From Candidatus Latescibacterota bacterium (lineage in GTDB: Bacteria; Latescibacterota; UBA2968; UBA8231), in assembly GCA_965248355.1 (NCBI GenBank), contig OZ252098.1:4448001-4512000 (forward strand): DNA of 64,000 nucleotides. Direction: 5' to 3'. Numbering within the stretch: position 1 is the stretch's first letter; each line of letters opens with the position of its first letter. Shown one piece after another: positions 18,898-28,090 of the stretch. The notes under the pieces were generated by a model. That model did no database searches. It saw only the letters and a program-made list of their open reading frames with translations, and had not been told where the DNA came from. The translations under genes were made by a program, and so were the position numbers.

Positions 18898-20952
18898 TCA
18901 AAAGGCGACGGCCACGGGGTGTATGCGGACGGCGGTGCCCTCGTCCACGTCGACCTCCACGCGGATCAGGTACACGCCCGGTGCCGCCGTCCGGGCGCCC
19001 CAGAGCCTGCGGACCGGTCCGGCGCCCACCCGCGCGTCGGCGATGGCGGCCACATGCCGTCCGGCCAAGTCGTACACGTCGATTCTCAGGTCCGCCCCCT
19101 CCACGCCGAAGAGCTGGAAGGCGATGGCCGTCTCGTCGTTCACCCCGTCCTCGTTGGGGGTGATGACGGGGGAGGACAGGCTCACCGGGCTCAGGACCTG
19201 CAGCTTCTCCTCGGCGGCCACCACCTGGAGGCTGTTGCCGGGCACGTCGGGGCGGGCGTCGCCGCCCTCGATGGACTGGGGCAGACTGGTGGAGGCGGTG
19301 TGGAACACGCGGCCCTCCAGGAATACCGAGGCCTGGTAGATGGCCGCCCGGAAGCGGACCCGGAAGGTGGCGTCGCGGAGGACCGCCGCGGGCAAGGTGA
19401 TGCGGAACCGCCCGTCCTCCGCCGCCAGCTCGTAGTCATCCCCCGCCGCGGCGGGCGCGCCGTCGATCTCCAGGTCCTCGAACCGGGCCCCCGGAGGCAC
19501 GTCGATCTCGATGCCGTCGAAGCCGGCGCGGCCGCCGGCGACGGTGCGGATGTCGTAGGTGAAGAGCGTGTCCACGCCGATGGGGACTTCCACGGCGGGC
19601 CCCCCCGCGGCGCCGGGCACGGAGACCTCCGCCAGGACGCTGTCGGCCAGCAGCGGCGAGAACTCGAAGGCGAGGCTGTCCAGCACCCCGAAGGCCATGG
19701 GATCTCCGGTGACGATCTCGAAGTCGAACTGAAGGTACTGCCGGCCGTCGGAGGACCGGTTCTCGTCCCCCGGCCGCTGGTACGGCACCGACCACTCGTT
19801 CCAGTTCTCGGTGTCGTCCGAGCGCTTGGCCCGGAAGCCGGCGATGCCCTCGGAATGGGGCTCCACCACGCGGGGAGAGTCGAAGTAGCTCGCCCGGCTG
19901 ACCTCGAGCTCCTGTCCGCGCTCGTCGAAGAGGAAGTACGTCCTCGGCTCGTCATCGGTGCCGGCCCGGGTGCGCAGGTCGAGCCGCACGGGCGCGGCCG
20001 GGTCCTCGACGATCTCCCCCGAGGACGACTGTCGGAACCGGGTGAAGCCCCAGCTCACGCGGCCGAGGCTGACGGGCTCGCCGAAGGAGTGCACCGCCGA
20101 CAGGTAGCGCGCCTCCTGCGGATAACCCCGGCCGAAGGCCATGAGCTCGGCGATCAGGGTCGTGCGCAGCACCTCGCCGAACTTGAAGCGCAGGAACCGC
20201 GTGAACCGCAGGTCGGTGGTGAGGGAGACGATGCTCTTGTTGTTGGTGAAGGTGCTGGCTATCACCTCCTCCAGAGGGTGGTACCCTGAGGAGCCGGTGG
20301 AGGCGGACTCGTCCTCGAAGATCAGCCAGTCCACGGGGGTGTTGGTGCGCGTCACCTCGTAGCCCCGGGCGAAGAGCTCGCGCTGGCGCTCGCTGGCCGA
20401 GGTCAGGCCGCTCTGGGGCGGGAAGAACACGACGCTGTCGATCGGCACGGGCACGCCGAGATCGAGGGTGAAGTAGGTGATCCCGTTCGGCCGCTGGTCG
20501 GCGCGGGCCCTGTGCTGGAAGGCGGCCACCAGCTCGTCCCCGTCGAACAGCCCCCGCATGAACTCCTGCGCCGAGGCGTTGGCGCCGCCCGACTGCCACA
20601 GCCGCGGGTGCCAGCCCACGATCAGCGTGTCGGCCTCGATCTGGCGCGGGCCCTTGTGCAGCGACCAGCGGAAGCCGAAGAGGTTGCGCTGGCTCGTGAG
20701 GCCCCCGGTGCGCACCAGCTCGCGCGTGACCGTGTGGCCGGGGGGGATCTCCATGGGCTGCACCGCCCCCGGGCGGACCGCGTCGTCCAGGGCGATCCAG
20801 CGTTCGGCCGCCTGCGACCAGGCGTCGCCCCGCGGACCACCGACCACCCAGGCGGCCGGGGCCTGTGCCTGTGCCTGGGCGGCGGCGGCGAGGACGGCCA
20901 GCAGCAGCAGCGGCCGGAGGGGGCCTCGGAGTCGGGTATCGGCGCGGCTCAA
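18898..20952 (-). CDS. secreted protein, paralog with C-terminal FlgD-Ig/CHU_C-like domain
   Basis: Signal peptide; FTLDLG..IDSVVFFP; ITPNEDGVND..DVYDLAGRHV..APGVYLIRVEV..VAVAF. Start placed at the TTG overlapping the upstream stop (approximate). Confidence 0.72.
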   Translation of the reverse strand: MSRADTRLRGPLRPLLLLAVLAAAAQAQAQAPAAWVVGGPRGDAWSQAAERWIALDDAVRPGAVQPMEIPPGHTVTRELVRTGGLTSQRNLFGFRWSLHKGPRQIEADTLIVGWHPRLWQSGGANASAQEFMRGLFDGDELVAAFQHRARADQRPNGITYFTLDLGVPVPIDSVVFFPPQSGLTSASERQRELFARGYEVTRTNTPVDWLIFEDESASTGSSGYHPLEEVIASTFTNNKSIVSLTTDLRFTRFLRFKFGEVLRTTLIAELMAFGRGYPQEARYLSAVHSFGEPVSLGRVSWGFTRFRQSSSGEIVEDPAAPVRLDLRTRAGTDDEPRTYFLFDERGQELEVSRASYFDSPRVVEPHSEGIAGFRAKRSDDTENWNEWSVPYQRPGDENRSSDGRQYLQFDFEIVTGDPMAFGVLDSLAFEFSPLLADSVLAEVSVPGAAGGPAVEVPIGVDTLFTYDIRTVAGGRAGFDGIEIDVPPGARFEDLEIDGAPAAAGDDYELAAEDGRFRITLPAAVLRDATFRVRFRAAIYQASVFLEGRVFHTASTSLPQSIEGGDARPDVPGNSLQVVAAEEKLQVLSPVSLSSPVITPNEDGVNDETAIAFQLFGVEGADLRIDVYDLAGRHVAAIADARVGAGPVRRLWGARTAAPGVYLIRVEVDVDEGTAVRIHPVAVAF

Positions 20953-22955
20953 TACGCGACTCCGATGAGTTGCGCGCTCTCGAAGGTCCTTGCGTCCGAC
21001 TCGACGGAGACGCGGCACAAGTAGAGCCCGGGCGGAACGGGCCGGTCTTCCCGGTCGCGGCCGTGCCAGGCCTCGGCATGGATGCCGGAGGAGCGCGGCC
21101 CGTAGGCCACCTCGGAGACGCGGCGGCCGGCGAGGTCGAAGATCTCGACGCCGAGTTCGATGTCGCCGGAGAACTGGGACAGGGTGACGAGGATCCGGGC
21201 CGCGTCGTTGAGCCCGTCGCCGTTCGGGGTGATCACGGAGGGCTCGACGCGGGCCTCCACCACCGGCGTCGTCTGCCGCGAGAACACGTGGGTCACGCCG
21301 GTGCCGACCGCCTCGCTGGCGTCGCCGGGCGCCACCGGGTGGGGCGGAACGTCGGGCGCGCCCAGCAGCCAGGCATCCACCGGCGTGTTGTGCTCCAGCA
21401 GCTGCATTCGGAAGAACAGGCGGATCGGCCGGTTGCTGCCTCTGTCCACCGGGGCGAAGGTCACCTCGAAGCCCCTGGCAGTGGCCGTGTGCTCGAAGCC
21501 GGTCACCGCCGCGAGAGGATCACCCATCTCCAGCCTCTCGAACACGGGCGGCGGAAAGGCCTCGAGCCGCACGCCGCGGTAGCCGTCGAGGTCGGTCCCG
21601 TCGAACTCGGTGCGGATATCGTAGATGTAGGTGGTGTCGATCCCGCCGGCGACCTCGAGGACACCCCCTCTCGGGTGCGGATCGGCAGCCAGGGCGATCT
21701 CACCTAGCGCCTCGCTCACCAGGCCGGGAGCGTAGCCGATCCTCAGCGAGTCGATGCGGATGGCGTGGCCGGCGTCGCCGTCGAAGAGCAGCCGCAGCTG
21801 CATGAACTCCCGGGGGCTGGGCCGGTCCACCGGAACGTCCATGGGACCGGTGGCGTCGATGGTCAGGGCCGGCGACCACTGGCTCCAGCTCTCGACGTCC
21901 TCGCGCACGTCCCCCTGCACGTAGTCCCGGGCCGGCCCCTGCTCCGCCGAGGGCAGGTTCACGTACTGGACGCGATCGACCTCCTCCAACACCTCGCCGC
22001 TGTGCGCGTCCACCCGGAGCAGGGCCCGGCGGGGCAGGGCTTCGAACTCCTCCCGGCTCACCTCGATCTGGGAGCCGGTGTCGCGGTCGCGCCGGAAGTA
22101 GGTCCGGGGCGTGTCGTCGGCCCCGCTCCGGACCTGCAGCACGGCGGTGGGTCCCTCGGGGGCCTGGGACGCTTCGCCTCCACCCCGGCTCAACTGCGTG
22201 GCGTGCAACTGCAGGCGGTCGAAGTTGACCGGCCGGCCGAAGGAGTGCAGCTCGGACAGGTAGCTGGCCACCGGCACGAATCCCTCTCCGTAGACCTCGA
22301 ACTCGGCCAGGTTGAAGGCGTTCTTGGACAGGACCCTGAGTTGCAGGAAGCGGCCCTTGAGAGAGGCGAACTGCAGATCGACGCTGGACTCGGTGTTGAC
22401 CTCGACCCGCCGCAGGCGCCGGTAGTTGGGCCTCCGGATATCGCTGTAGTCGGCGCCGTCGTTGACCAGGATCTCGAAGGCCTTGATGAAGGAGTCCACG
22501 TCGTTCGGGGCGGGGTAGAAGCGGATGCGGTTGATCGGGAAGGGGGCGCCGAGGTCCCAGAAGAACTCGGACCCGGCCTGGTTCCTCGCGGTCTTGTAGA
22601 CCCCCTCGGAGGAGGTCGCGGGATCGGCGTCGACCAGGTCGAGGGGGCCGTCGAGCTGATTGAAGAAGCCGTCGTTCGACCAGGCCCTGGGCTGGCCGCC
22701 GGCGACGAAGTCCGTGGGCTGGCCGTTCAGGAAATCCTGACCCGAGGCGCGCAGCAGCGAGACCAGGTTCTGGCCCGCGGCCAGCTCGAGGGGCTGGAGG
22801 CCGGAATCGATCTCCAGGGCGCCGGTCTGCGACTCGGCCTGGGAGGTCCAGGAGAGGCCCTGGCCGCCGGTGCGCCAGTACTCGACCTGGGCCCCGGCGG
22901 GGCCCGCTGCGGTGATCCACCACGCCAGCAGCGCCGCGGAGGGGGGGATCCTCAT
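20949..22955 (-). CDS. secreted protein, paralog with discoidin-like and FlgD-Ig/CHU_C-like domains
   Basis: Signal peptide; WDLGAPFPINRIRFYP, LAEFEVYGEGF; ITPNGDGLND..IFDLAGRRV..WHGRD..VPPGLYL..IGVAY. Confidence 0.75.
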   Translation of the reverse strand: MRIPPSAALLAWWITAAGPAGAQVEYWRTGGQGLSWTSQAESQTGALEIDSGLQPLELAAGQNLVSLLRASGQDFLNGQPTDFVAGGQPRAWSNDGFFNQLDGPLDLVDADPATSSEGVYKTARNQAGSEFFWDLGAPFPINRIRFYPAPNDVDSFIKAFEILVNDGADYSDIRRPNYRRLRRVEVNTESSVDLQFASLKGRFLQLRVLSKNAFNLAEFEVYGEGFVPVASYLSELHSFGRPVNFDRLQLHATQLSRGGGEASQAPEGPTAVLQVRSGADDTPRTYFRRDRDTGSQIEVSREEFEALPRRALLRVDAHSGEVLEEVDRVQYVNLPSAEQGPARDYVQGDVREDVESWSQWSPALTIDATGPMDVPVDRPSPREFMQLRLLFDGDAGHAIRIDSLRIGYAPGLVSEALGEIALAADPHPRGGVLEVAGGIDTTYIYDIRTEFDGTDLDGYRGVRLEAFPPPVFERLEMGDPLAAVTGFEHTATARGFEVTFAPVDRGSNRPIRLFFRMQLLEHNTPVDAWLLGAPDVPPHPVAPGDASEAVGTGVTHVFSRQTTPVVEARVEPSVITPNGDGLNDAARILVTLSQFSGDIELGVEIFDLAGRRVSEVAYGPRSSGIHAEAWHGRDREDRPVPPGLYLCRVSVESDARTFESAQLIGVAY

Positions 22956-22973
22956 CGCTCTCCGCCGATCCGC

Positions 22974-23714
22974 TCAGTTGAGGTGAGCCGCATCCTCAGG
23001 CGTGAACCCCCGGTGCACTTCCCTCACGAAGGAGAAGCTCAGGTCGATGGTCTCCACCGGGATCTCCTGGTAGTTGAAGCGCACGGCGATGTTCTCGATG
23101 AAGACGCGGATGTCGGTCACGTCGTCGTGGAGCACCGGGAAGACGAGGAATCCCTCCTTCTCCAGGCCGCTGAAGAGGATGTCCCCGGGGTACAGGGTCC
23201 GCTTGAGGATGTCCGTCCGCGCCCGGAAGTCGGAGCGGCCCCGCCCCGTGCGGCCTTGCCAGTAAGTGCGGAAGTAGTCGTAGAGCTGCGCGTAGGTAAC
23301 GGGGCCGTAGGTGCGGTTGTTGCCGGTGGTGATGTAGGTCTTGAGAGGATCGAGCAGGACCTTGGGGAACTGGTAGTTGCCGATTTGCAGGCGGAAGACC
23401 GTGAACCGCGGCGGTGTCCAGTCGTCCCCGGGGGCGGTCCAGTCGCCGAAGGTGTAGGGATTGAGGGAGGCGGCTCCCCCCTGCGAGACGGGGGCGAACT
23501 GCCGGTTCAACTGGGCGTCGGTCATCGGCTTGAGGGTGATCTCCAGGCGGTCGAGATGATAGGTGACCGAGCCGTCGTCGTTGACCGACATGCCCTCTGC
23601 CTGACGGCCGGCCGGCTCCAGGGGACCGGGAAAGTAGCGGCCGCAGGCGCTCAGCAGCAGCACGGCCGGCAGCAGCCACGGCGCGGCTCTGCGGCATCTA
23701 CCGGAAGAGCTCAT
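22974..23714 (-). CDS. uncharacterised lipoprotein
   Basis: Lipobox LLSA-C followed by GRYFPG; co-oriented with the cluster; coding-like codon usage. Confidence 0.7.
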   Translation of the reverse strand: MSSSGRCRRAAPWLLPAVLLLSACGRYFPGPLEPAGRQAEGMSVNDDGSVTYHLDRLEITLKPMTDAQLNRQFAPVSQGGAASLNPYTFGDWTAPGDDWTPPRFTVFRLQIGNYQFPKVLLDPLKTYITTGNNRTYGPVTYAQLYDYFRTYWQGRTGRGRSDFRARTDILKRTLYPGDILFSGLEKEGFLVFPVLHDDVTDIRVFIENIAVRFNYQEIPVETIDLSFSFVREVHRGFTPEDAAHLN

Positions 23715-23838
23715 AGGCGGTTCCGTCGTCGTCCTGGGAACGGGATAACGAAGCCGGGCCAATGGGAGGATCTCCGATTGGCCCGACTCGCGAAGGACAG
23801 GGGGCTCATCCCCTGGTGAAAGGGTGCTGCAGAACGGC

Positions 23839-24747
23839 TTACCGGAAGGAGTTCTTGATCTGCCCCCAAGTCGACTGGTTCACGGCCGTAGCGAATTCGC
23901 CTGCCCTCAGCAGCACCGCGTGGGAGTAGTACTGCCGGCTCGAGGCCTCCGGCCCGCGCGTGGTCCAGTCGTTGAATTCAGCGCCAGGATCGCCGTCCTC
24001 GTACCACATGGCGAAGGGCAGGCCGGCGCCGTCCTCGCCGGCCACCGCGTCCAGGTCCCACGCCTCGCTGGCGGCGATGCCGGCGTCCTCGTGGAAGCCG
24101 GTGACGAAGATGCTGAACTCGTACACGGTCGTGCCGCCGTCTTCCCACAGGTCGGCGGCCCAGGCCTCGGGCGGATCGACGGTGACGGCGAAGTCGACCC
24201 ACGGCGCCTCGCCGTACGTGGTCCAGGTCTCCAGTTCGGTGTAGCGGAAGGCGACGTTGGTCGGCGGGCTGAGATCGCCCGGCGCCATGAGCCACTCCAT
24301 CGTGTACCCGGAGGCCGGGCTGCGCTCGCGGCCGTGATCCTGGGGATCGAGACCGACCTGCAGCATGTCGCCGCTCCAGCGGGCCACGTCGGCACCGTCG
24401 TGGACCAACACGTCGTCGACCGCCTCCATGAACACGTACCAGCGGTTGACGCCGGAGCCCTTCCAGCCCATGAAGGTGGTGATGTTGAGATCGTCGCGCG
24501 TCGGTGCCGGCCGGTCGCCCTCGTCACGCCACTCGTCCATGGTCAGGGTGTACTCGGGATCGAACCAGGCCCAGTCGTCGCTGTTGCCGTCCATGGTCAG
24601 GGCATCGGGGTTCGGGACCTCCAGCATGTAGAACTCGAAGCCCTGGCTGCCGTTGCGGTCCTCGAGGGCCGGCGGGTCGAACCACTGGGCGCCCGCAGCC
24701 CCGGCGAGACCCAGGCTGACAAGGCCGGTCATAAGAAGCGTGTGCAT
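23839..24747 (-). CDS. secreted acidic CBM9/DOMON-like protein with C-terminal TWGxIK motif
   Basis: RBS AGGAG; signal peptide; LTMDGNSDDW and WSGDMLQVGLDP are CBM9-like; ends TAVNQSTWGQIKNSFR. Confidence 0.65.
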   Translation of the reverse strand: MHTLLMTGLVSLGLAGAAGAQWFDPPALEDRNGSQGFEFYMLEVPNPDALTMDGNSDDWAWFDPEYTLTMDEWRDEGDRPAPTRDDLNITTFMGWKGSGVNRWYVFMEAVDDVLVHDGADVARWSGDMLQVGLDPQDHGRERSPASGYTMEWLMAPGDLSPPTNVAFRYTELETWTTYGEAPWVDFAVTVDPPEAWAADLWEDGGTTVYEFSIFVTGFHEDAGIAASEAWDLDAVAGEDGAGLPFAMWYEDGDPGAEFNDWTTRGPEASSRQYYSHAVLLRAGEFATAVNQSTWGQIKNSFR

Positions 24748-24973
24748 CTGCTCACTCCTGGCTTGTGGTGGGTGGGCGGATCCGCCGGGGGTCGCTGTGC
24801 CGCACTTGGCGAACCGCGTCTGGAAAACGGGAAAATATGGAGATTGCCGGCCCACCACAACTGATTCCTCGAGCACGACGCCCCACCCGGCGGCCTCCCT
24901 GGCGAGCCACGGCCACCATCCGTAAGCTTCTCCTCCTTCGCAGCAGGACGGACGCACCTGTCAGGAGATTCTC

Positions 24974-25963
24974 ATGGATGCGCTGCAGACGCGGCGGGGC
25001 TTCCTGTCGAGTGCGGCCTCGTTGGCCGGCACCGGCCTGCTGGCGCCGCTGGGTGCAGGGGCTGCTGCCGGCGGGCCGGGTCCCTCCCCCCGGAGCGGCC
25101 CCGTCTTCGTGTCCACCTGGCCCTTTGGCCGGGTGGCCAACGAGGCCGCCGTGAGGACGCTGGCCCAGGGCGACCTGCTGGACGCGGTGGAGCAGGGAGT
25201 CCGCGTCGTGGAGGCGGATCCCGAAGAGCACTCCGTCGGCCTCGGAGGCACGCCGAACGCCGACGGCGTGGTCCAGCTCGACGCCTGCTTCATGGACGGA
25301 GACGGGCAGCGGGCCGGCAGCGTCGCGGCCCTGGAGGGCATCGTCCATCCCATCTCGGTGGCCCGCCGCGTGATGGAAGTCACGCCCCACGTGATGCTCG
25401 CCGGTGACGGCGCCCGCCGCTTCGCCCTGGCCCAGGGGTTCGAGCCCGCGGACCTGCTCACGGAAGACCGCCGCGAGCGCTGGGAGACCTGGCGCAGGGA
25501 GCGGCGGGAGCCACCGGCCATCTCGGAGAGCCACGACACGATCGCCATCCTCGGCCGGGGCGGTGACGGCCGTCTGGCCGGCGGCTGCTCGACCAGCGGC
25601 TGGGGGTACAAGCTGCCGGGCCGCGTGGGCGACTCGCCCATCGTCGGCGGCGGACTCTACGTGGACGGGGAGGCGGGAGGCGCCGGGGCCACCGGCCTCG
25701 GCGAGAACATCATGCGGTACTGCGGCTCGTACCGCGTCGTCGACCTGATGTCGCGCGGCGCCGACCCGCAGTCGGCCTGTGCAGAGGCGGTGCGCCACAT
25801 CCTGCGCAGGGACCCGCGTCCGGCGGACCAGCTCAGCTGCTACTTCATCGCCCTGGACAGACAGGGCCGTACCGGCGGCGCCGGCACCTCCGGCGGTTTC
25901 AGCTACTGCGTGACCACCGCCGCGGGCACCCGGCTCATCGACGCCGAGGTGGTCACCTCCTAG
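24974..25963 (+). CDS. N(4)-(beta-N-acetylglucosaminyl)-L-asparaginase / isoaspartyl peptidase (Ntn hydrolase), Tat signal
   Basis: TRRGFL; SVGLGGTPN..QLDACFMD; HDTI nucleophile; STSG..KLPGRVGDSPI; ATGLGE. Confidence 0.9.
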   Translation: MDALQTRRGFLSSAASLAGTGLLAPLGAGAAAGGPGPSPRSGPVFVSTWPFGRVANEAAVRTLAQGDLLDAVEQGVRVVEADPEEHSVGLGGTPNADGVVQLDACFMDGDGQRAGSVAALEGIVHPISVARRVMEVTPHVMLAGDGARRFALAQGFEPADLLTEDRRERWETWRRERREPPAISESHDTIAILGRGGDGRLAGGCSTSGWGYKLPGRVGDSPIVGGGLYVDGEAGGAGATGLGENIMRYCGSYRVVDLMSRGADPQSACAEAVRHILRRDPRPADQLSCYFIALDRQGRTGGAGTSGGFSYCVTTAAGTRLIDAEVVTS

Positions 25964-26031
25964 GAGCACGAGCGCCGGCCGCCCGGCCTCGACCTGAACG
26001 ATCCCCAACGCTTGAGAACGTGAGGAGTCCC

Positions 26032-27315
26032 ATGAAACGACGTGGGTTCGTCAAGGCCCTGGCCGCGGCCACCCTGCCCTTGCCCGGGTCGTCAGGTCGC
26101 TTCGCCCATGGGCTGGAGGACCTGGAGAAGGATCTGACGACGGCGGGCGAGGGAGCCTCGCGGTGGAGACGACTGCGGCAGGAGTTCCACTTGAAGCCGG
26201 GTTTCGTGCACTTCAACACCGGAAGCTGCGGTGCCGCGCCGAAGGTCGTCACCGAGGCCGTGGCCAGGTACACCGAGGAAATCGAAGTCGATCCGGTGAG
26301 CAATACCTTCGGCGGTCTGGGAAGCCAGATGGAAGATGTTCGCAATCTGGCCGCTGACTTCCTCGGGGCGGATGTGACCGAGATCGCCTTGACACGGAAC
26401 ACCACGGAAGGCATGAACGGTGTCGCCACCGGGATCGACTGGGAGCCGGGGGACGAGGTGCTGACCACGAACCACGAGCATGGGGGCGGCATGGTCTGCT
26501 GGCAGCACCTGAAGAAACACCGCGGCGTCGTCGTGAGATACCTGAAGATGCCGACTCCACTGAGGCACAAGAGTGAATTCCTCGACCTTCTGGAGCGGCA
26601 CCTGACGCCCCGCACCCGGGTCTGCAGCCTCATGCACATCGACACGATCACGGGTATGCGGTATCCGCTGGCCGACGTGGCCCGGATCACGAGGCCCCGC
26701 GGCGTCCTGCTCGTGTGCGACGGCGCCCACTCCCCGGGGATGCTCGACGTGGATGTGAAGGCCCTCGGAGTCGACACCTTCGCCTCCAGCAGTCACAAGT
26801 GGATGCTGGCCCCGAAGGGCAGCGGCCTGCTATACATCCGGCGGGAGATCCAGGATCGAGTGCACCCCGTTTTCCTGTATTCCGGTTACGGCGGCTACTC
26901 GGCCTCTTGCGGCACCCGCAACGTGGCCGGCATCCTCGGCCACGGGGTTGCCATGGAGTTCCACAACATCCTTGGCCGGGACCGCGTCGAGGCCCGCTGC
27001 CGCGAGCTGAGCACTCGTCTGCGAGGACACCTCGAGCGGATCCCCCGGGTGAGAATTTTCACTCCGGCCGAACCAGAGCTCTCCGGGGGGATCCTCACTT
27101 TCGCGGTCGACGGCCTGAGCGCCAATCTGCTGGCGCGGCGGCTTCTGGAGGAGCACGACATGGCCGTCAAGGTCGCCCAGGGGACCTATGCCTTTGTCCC
27201 CGACGACGACGTGGAAGGGGAGAACTACAACGCTCTCCGGGTCTCCACGCACATCTATACCGACGAGGCGGACGTGGACCGGCTGGCGGCCCTGGTGGAG
27301 GAGATGGCCGGCTGA
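26032..27315 (+). CDS. class V PLP-dependent aminotransferase (isopenicillin N epimerase-like), Tat signal
   Basis: KRRGFV; NTGSCG, TRNTTEG, NHEH, CDGAH, SSHKWMLAPKGSG. Confidence 0.85.
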   Translation: MKRRGFVKALAAATLPLPGSSGRFAHGLEDLEKDLTTAGEGASRWRRLRQEFHLKPGFVHFNTGSCGAAPKVVTEAVARYTEEIEVDPVSNTFGGLGSQMEDVRNLAADFLGADVTEIALTRNTTEGMNGVATGIDWEPGDEVLTTNHEHGGGMVCWQHLKKHRGVVVRYLKMPTPLRHKSEFLDLLERHLTPRTRVCSLMHIDTITGMRYPLADVARITRPRGVLLVCDGAHSPGMLDVDVKALGVDTFASSSHKWMLAPKGSGLLYIRREIQDRVHPVFLYSGYGGYSASCGTRNVAGILGHGVAMEFHNILGRDRVEARCRELSTRLRGHLERIPRVRIFTPAEPELSGGILTFAVDGLSANLLARRLLEEHDMAVKVAQGTYAFVPDDDVEGENYNALRVSTHIYTDEADVDRLAALVEEMAG

Positions 27316-27324
27316 CCGGACCTC

Positions 27325-27585
27325 TCACCGACGGCGGTAGAGCTGGCTTCGATGCCCTACTCGCACCACGAGCACGACGAGCGCATCGTCCAGCACCTCG
27401 TACACGATGCGCCAGTCGCCAACCCTCACCCGGCGAAGCCCCCGGTGTTCTCCTTTCAGTGGACTACCGCTGAGCGGGTTCTCGCCCAGTGCATCGATTG
27501 CCTGCGCGATGCGAAGCCGATCCTGGCGTGGAATCCTGGCGAGCTCTCTGACCGCGCTCCGCTTAATCCGGACCGAGTAGCTCAT
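27325..27585 (-). CDS. relE: RelE/ParE-family type II toxin
   Basis: 86 aa; LGENP..LKGE..LRRVRVGDWRIVYEV..VLVVRVGHR..Y. Confidence 0.9.
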   Translation of the reverse strand: MSYSVRIKRSAVRELARIPRQDRLRIAQAIDALGENPLSGSPLKGEHRGLRRVRVGDWRIVYEVLDDALVVLVVRVGHRSQLYRRR

Positions 27586-27784
27586 GCCGAACCTGGTCCC
27601 AGTCCAGGACCGGGTCGGTGGGATCCCGAAGCCTCTCCACCGCCAGGGTGAGGTCGTCGAAGTCTTCCAAGTAGCGTTCCAGCGCCTGCCGAACGATGTC
27701 GGCGCGGCTTCGCTTGAGTTCGGCGGCAGCGGTGTCCAGCGCCTCGACGAGTTCGGCGGGCACCCGCGCGGTTATCTGGCTCAT
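27563..27784 (-). CDS. ribbon-helix-helix antitoxin (RelB/CopG-like)
   Basis: ITARVP..LDTAA..RSRADIVRQALERYLEDFDD with acidic tail; overlaps the toxin start. Confidence 0.88.
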   Translation of the reverse strand: MSQITARVPAELVEALDTAAAELKRSRADIVRQALERYLEDFDDLTLAVERLRDPTDPVLDWDQVRHELLGPD

Positions 27785-27879
27785 ACCCTTCTCCGTCCCT
27801 GGCGAAATCGCGTGTGAGTTCGGTTAATGTCAATGCATCCCATCGACCTTGCAAGGGTCCCGGCGCCATCACCCTGTGC

Positions 27880-27908
27880 TTGACATCGCCGACCTTCGGC
27901 AGTAGCCT
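27880..27908 (+). promoter_or_regulatory. sigma70-type promoter of the trp leader
   Basis: TTGACA (27880-27885), 17-nt spacer, TAGCCT (27903-27908), 30 nt upstream of the leader ATG. Confidence 0.7.
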
Positions 27909-27938
27909 TGACAAGCTCAATTCAACGGGCACGAGAAA

Positions 27939-28025
27939 ATGACCGATAATCGCACCGACAACCCGCGCCGATGGTGGTGGCGCTTCTGGTCCTACGAGAC
28001 AGGACAGGGGTGCGTCCACCCGTAA
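27939..28025 (+). CDS. trpL: trp operon leader peptide (28 aa)
   Basis: MTDNRTDNPRRWWWRFWSYETGQGCVHP*: three tandem TGG plus a fourth Trp, located between the promoter and a terminator upstream of trpE. Confidence 0.85.
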   Translation: MTDNRTDNPRRWWWRFWSYETGQGCVHP

Positions 28026-28054
28026 CGGCGGGTGACCGGCAGACGGAAAGACAC

Positions 28055-28090
28055 AGGCCGCGGGCGCATCGACAGCGCTCGCGGCCTTTT
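28055..28090 (+). terminator. attenuator terminator hairpin
   Basis: AGGCCGCGGGCGC-atcgaca-GCGCTCGCGGCCT, a 13-bp stem (one G-U) running into a short T run (TTTT, 28087-28090). Confidence 0.75.

Noticed and set aside
27908..27936. Second TTGACA upstream of the trp leader
   Set aside because: No plausible -10 element at 16-18 nt spacing.
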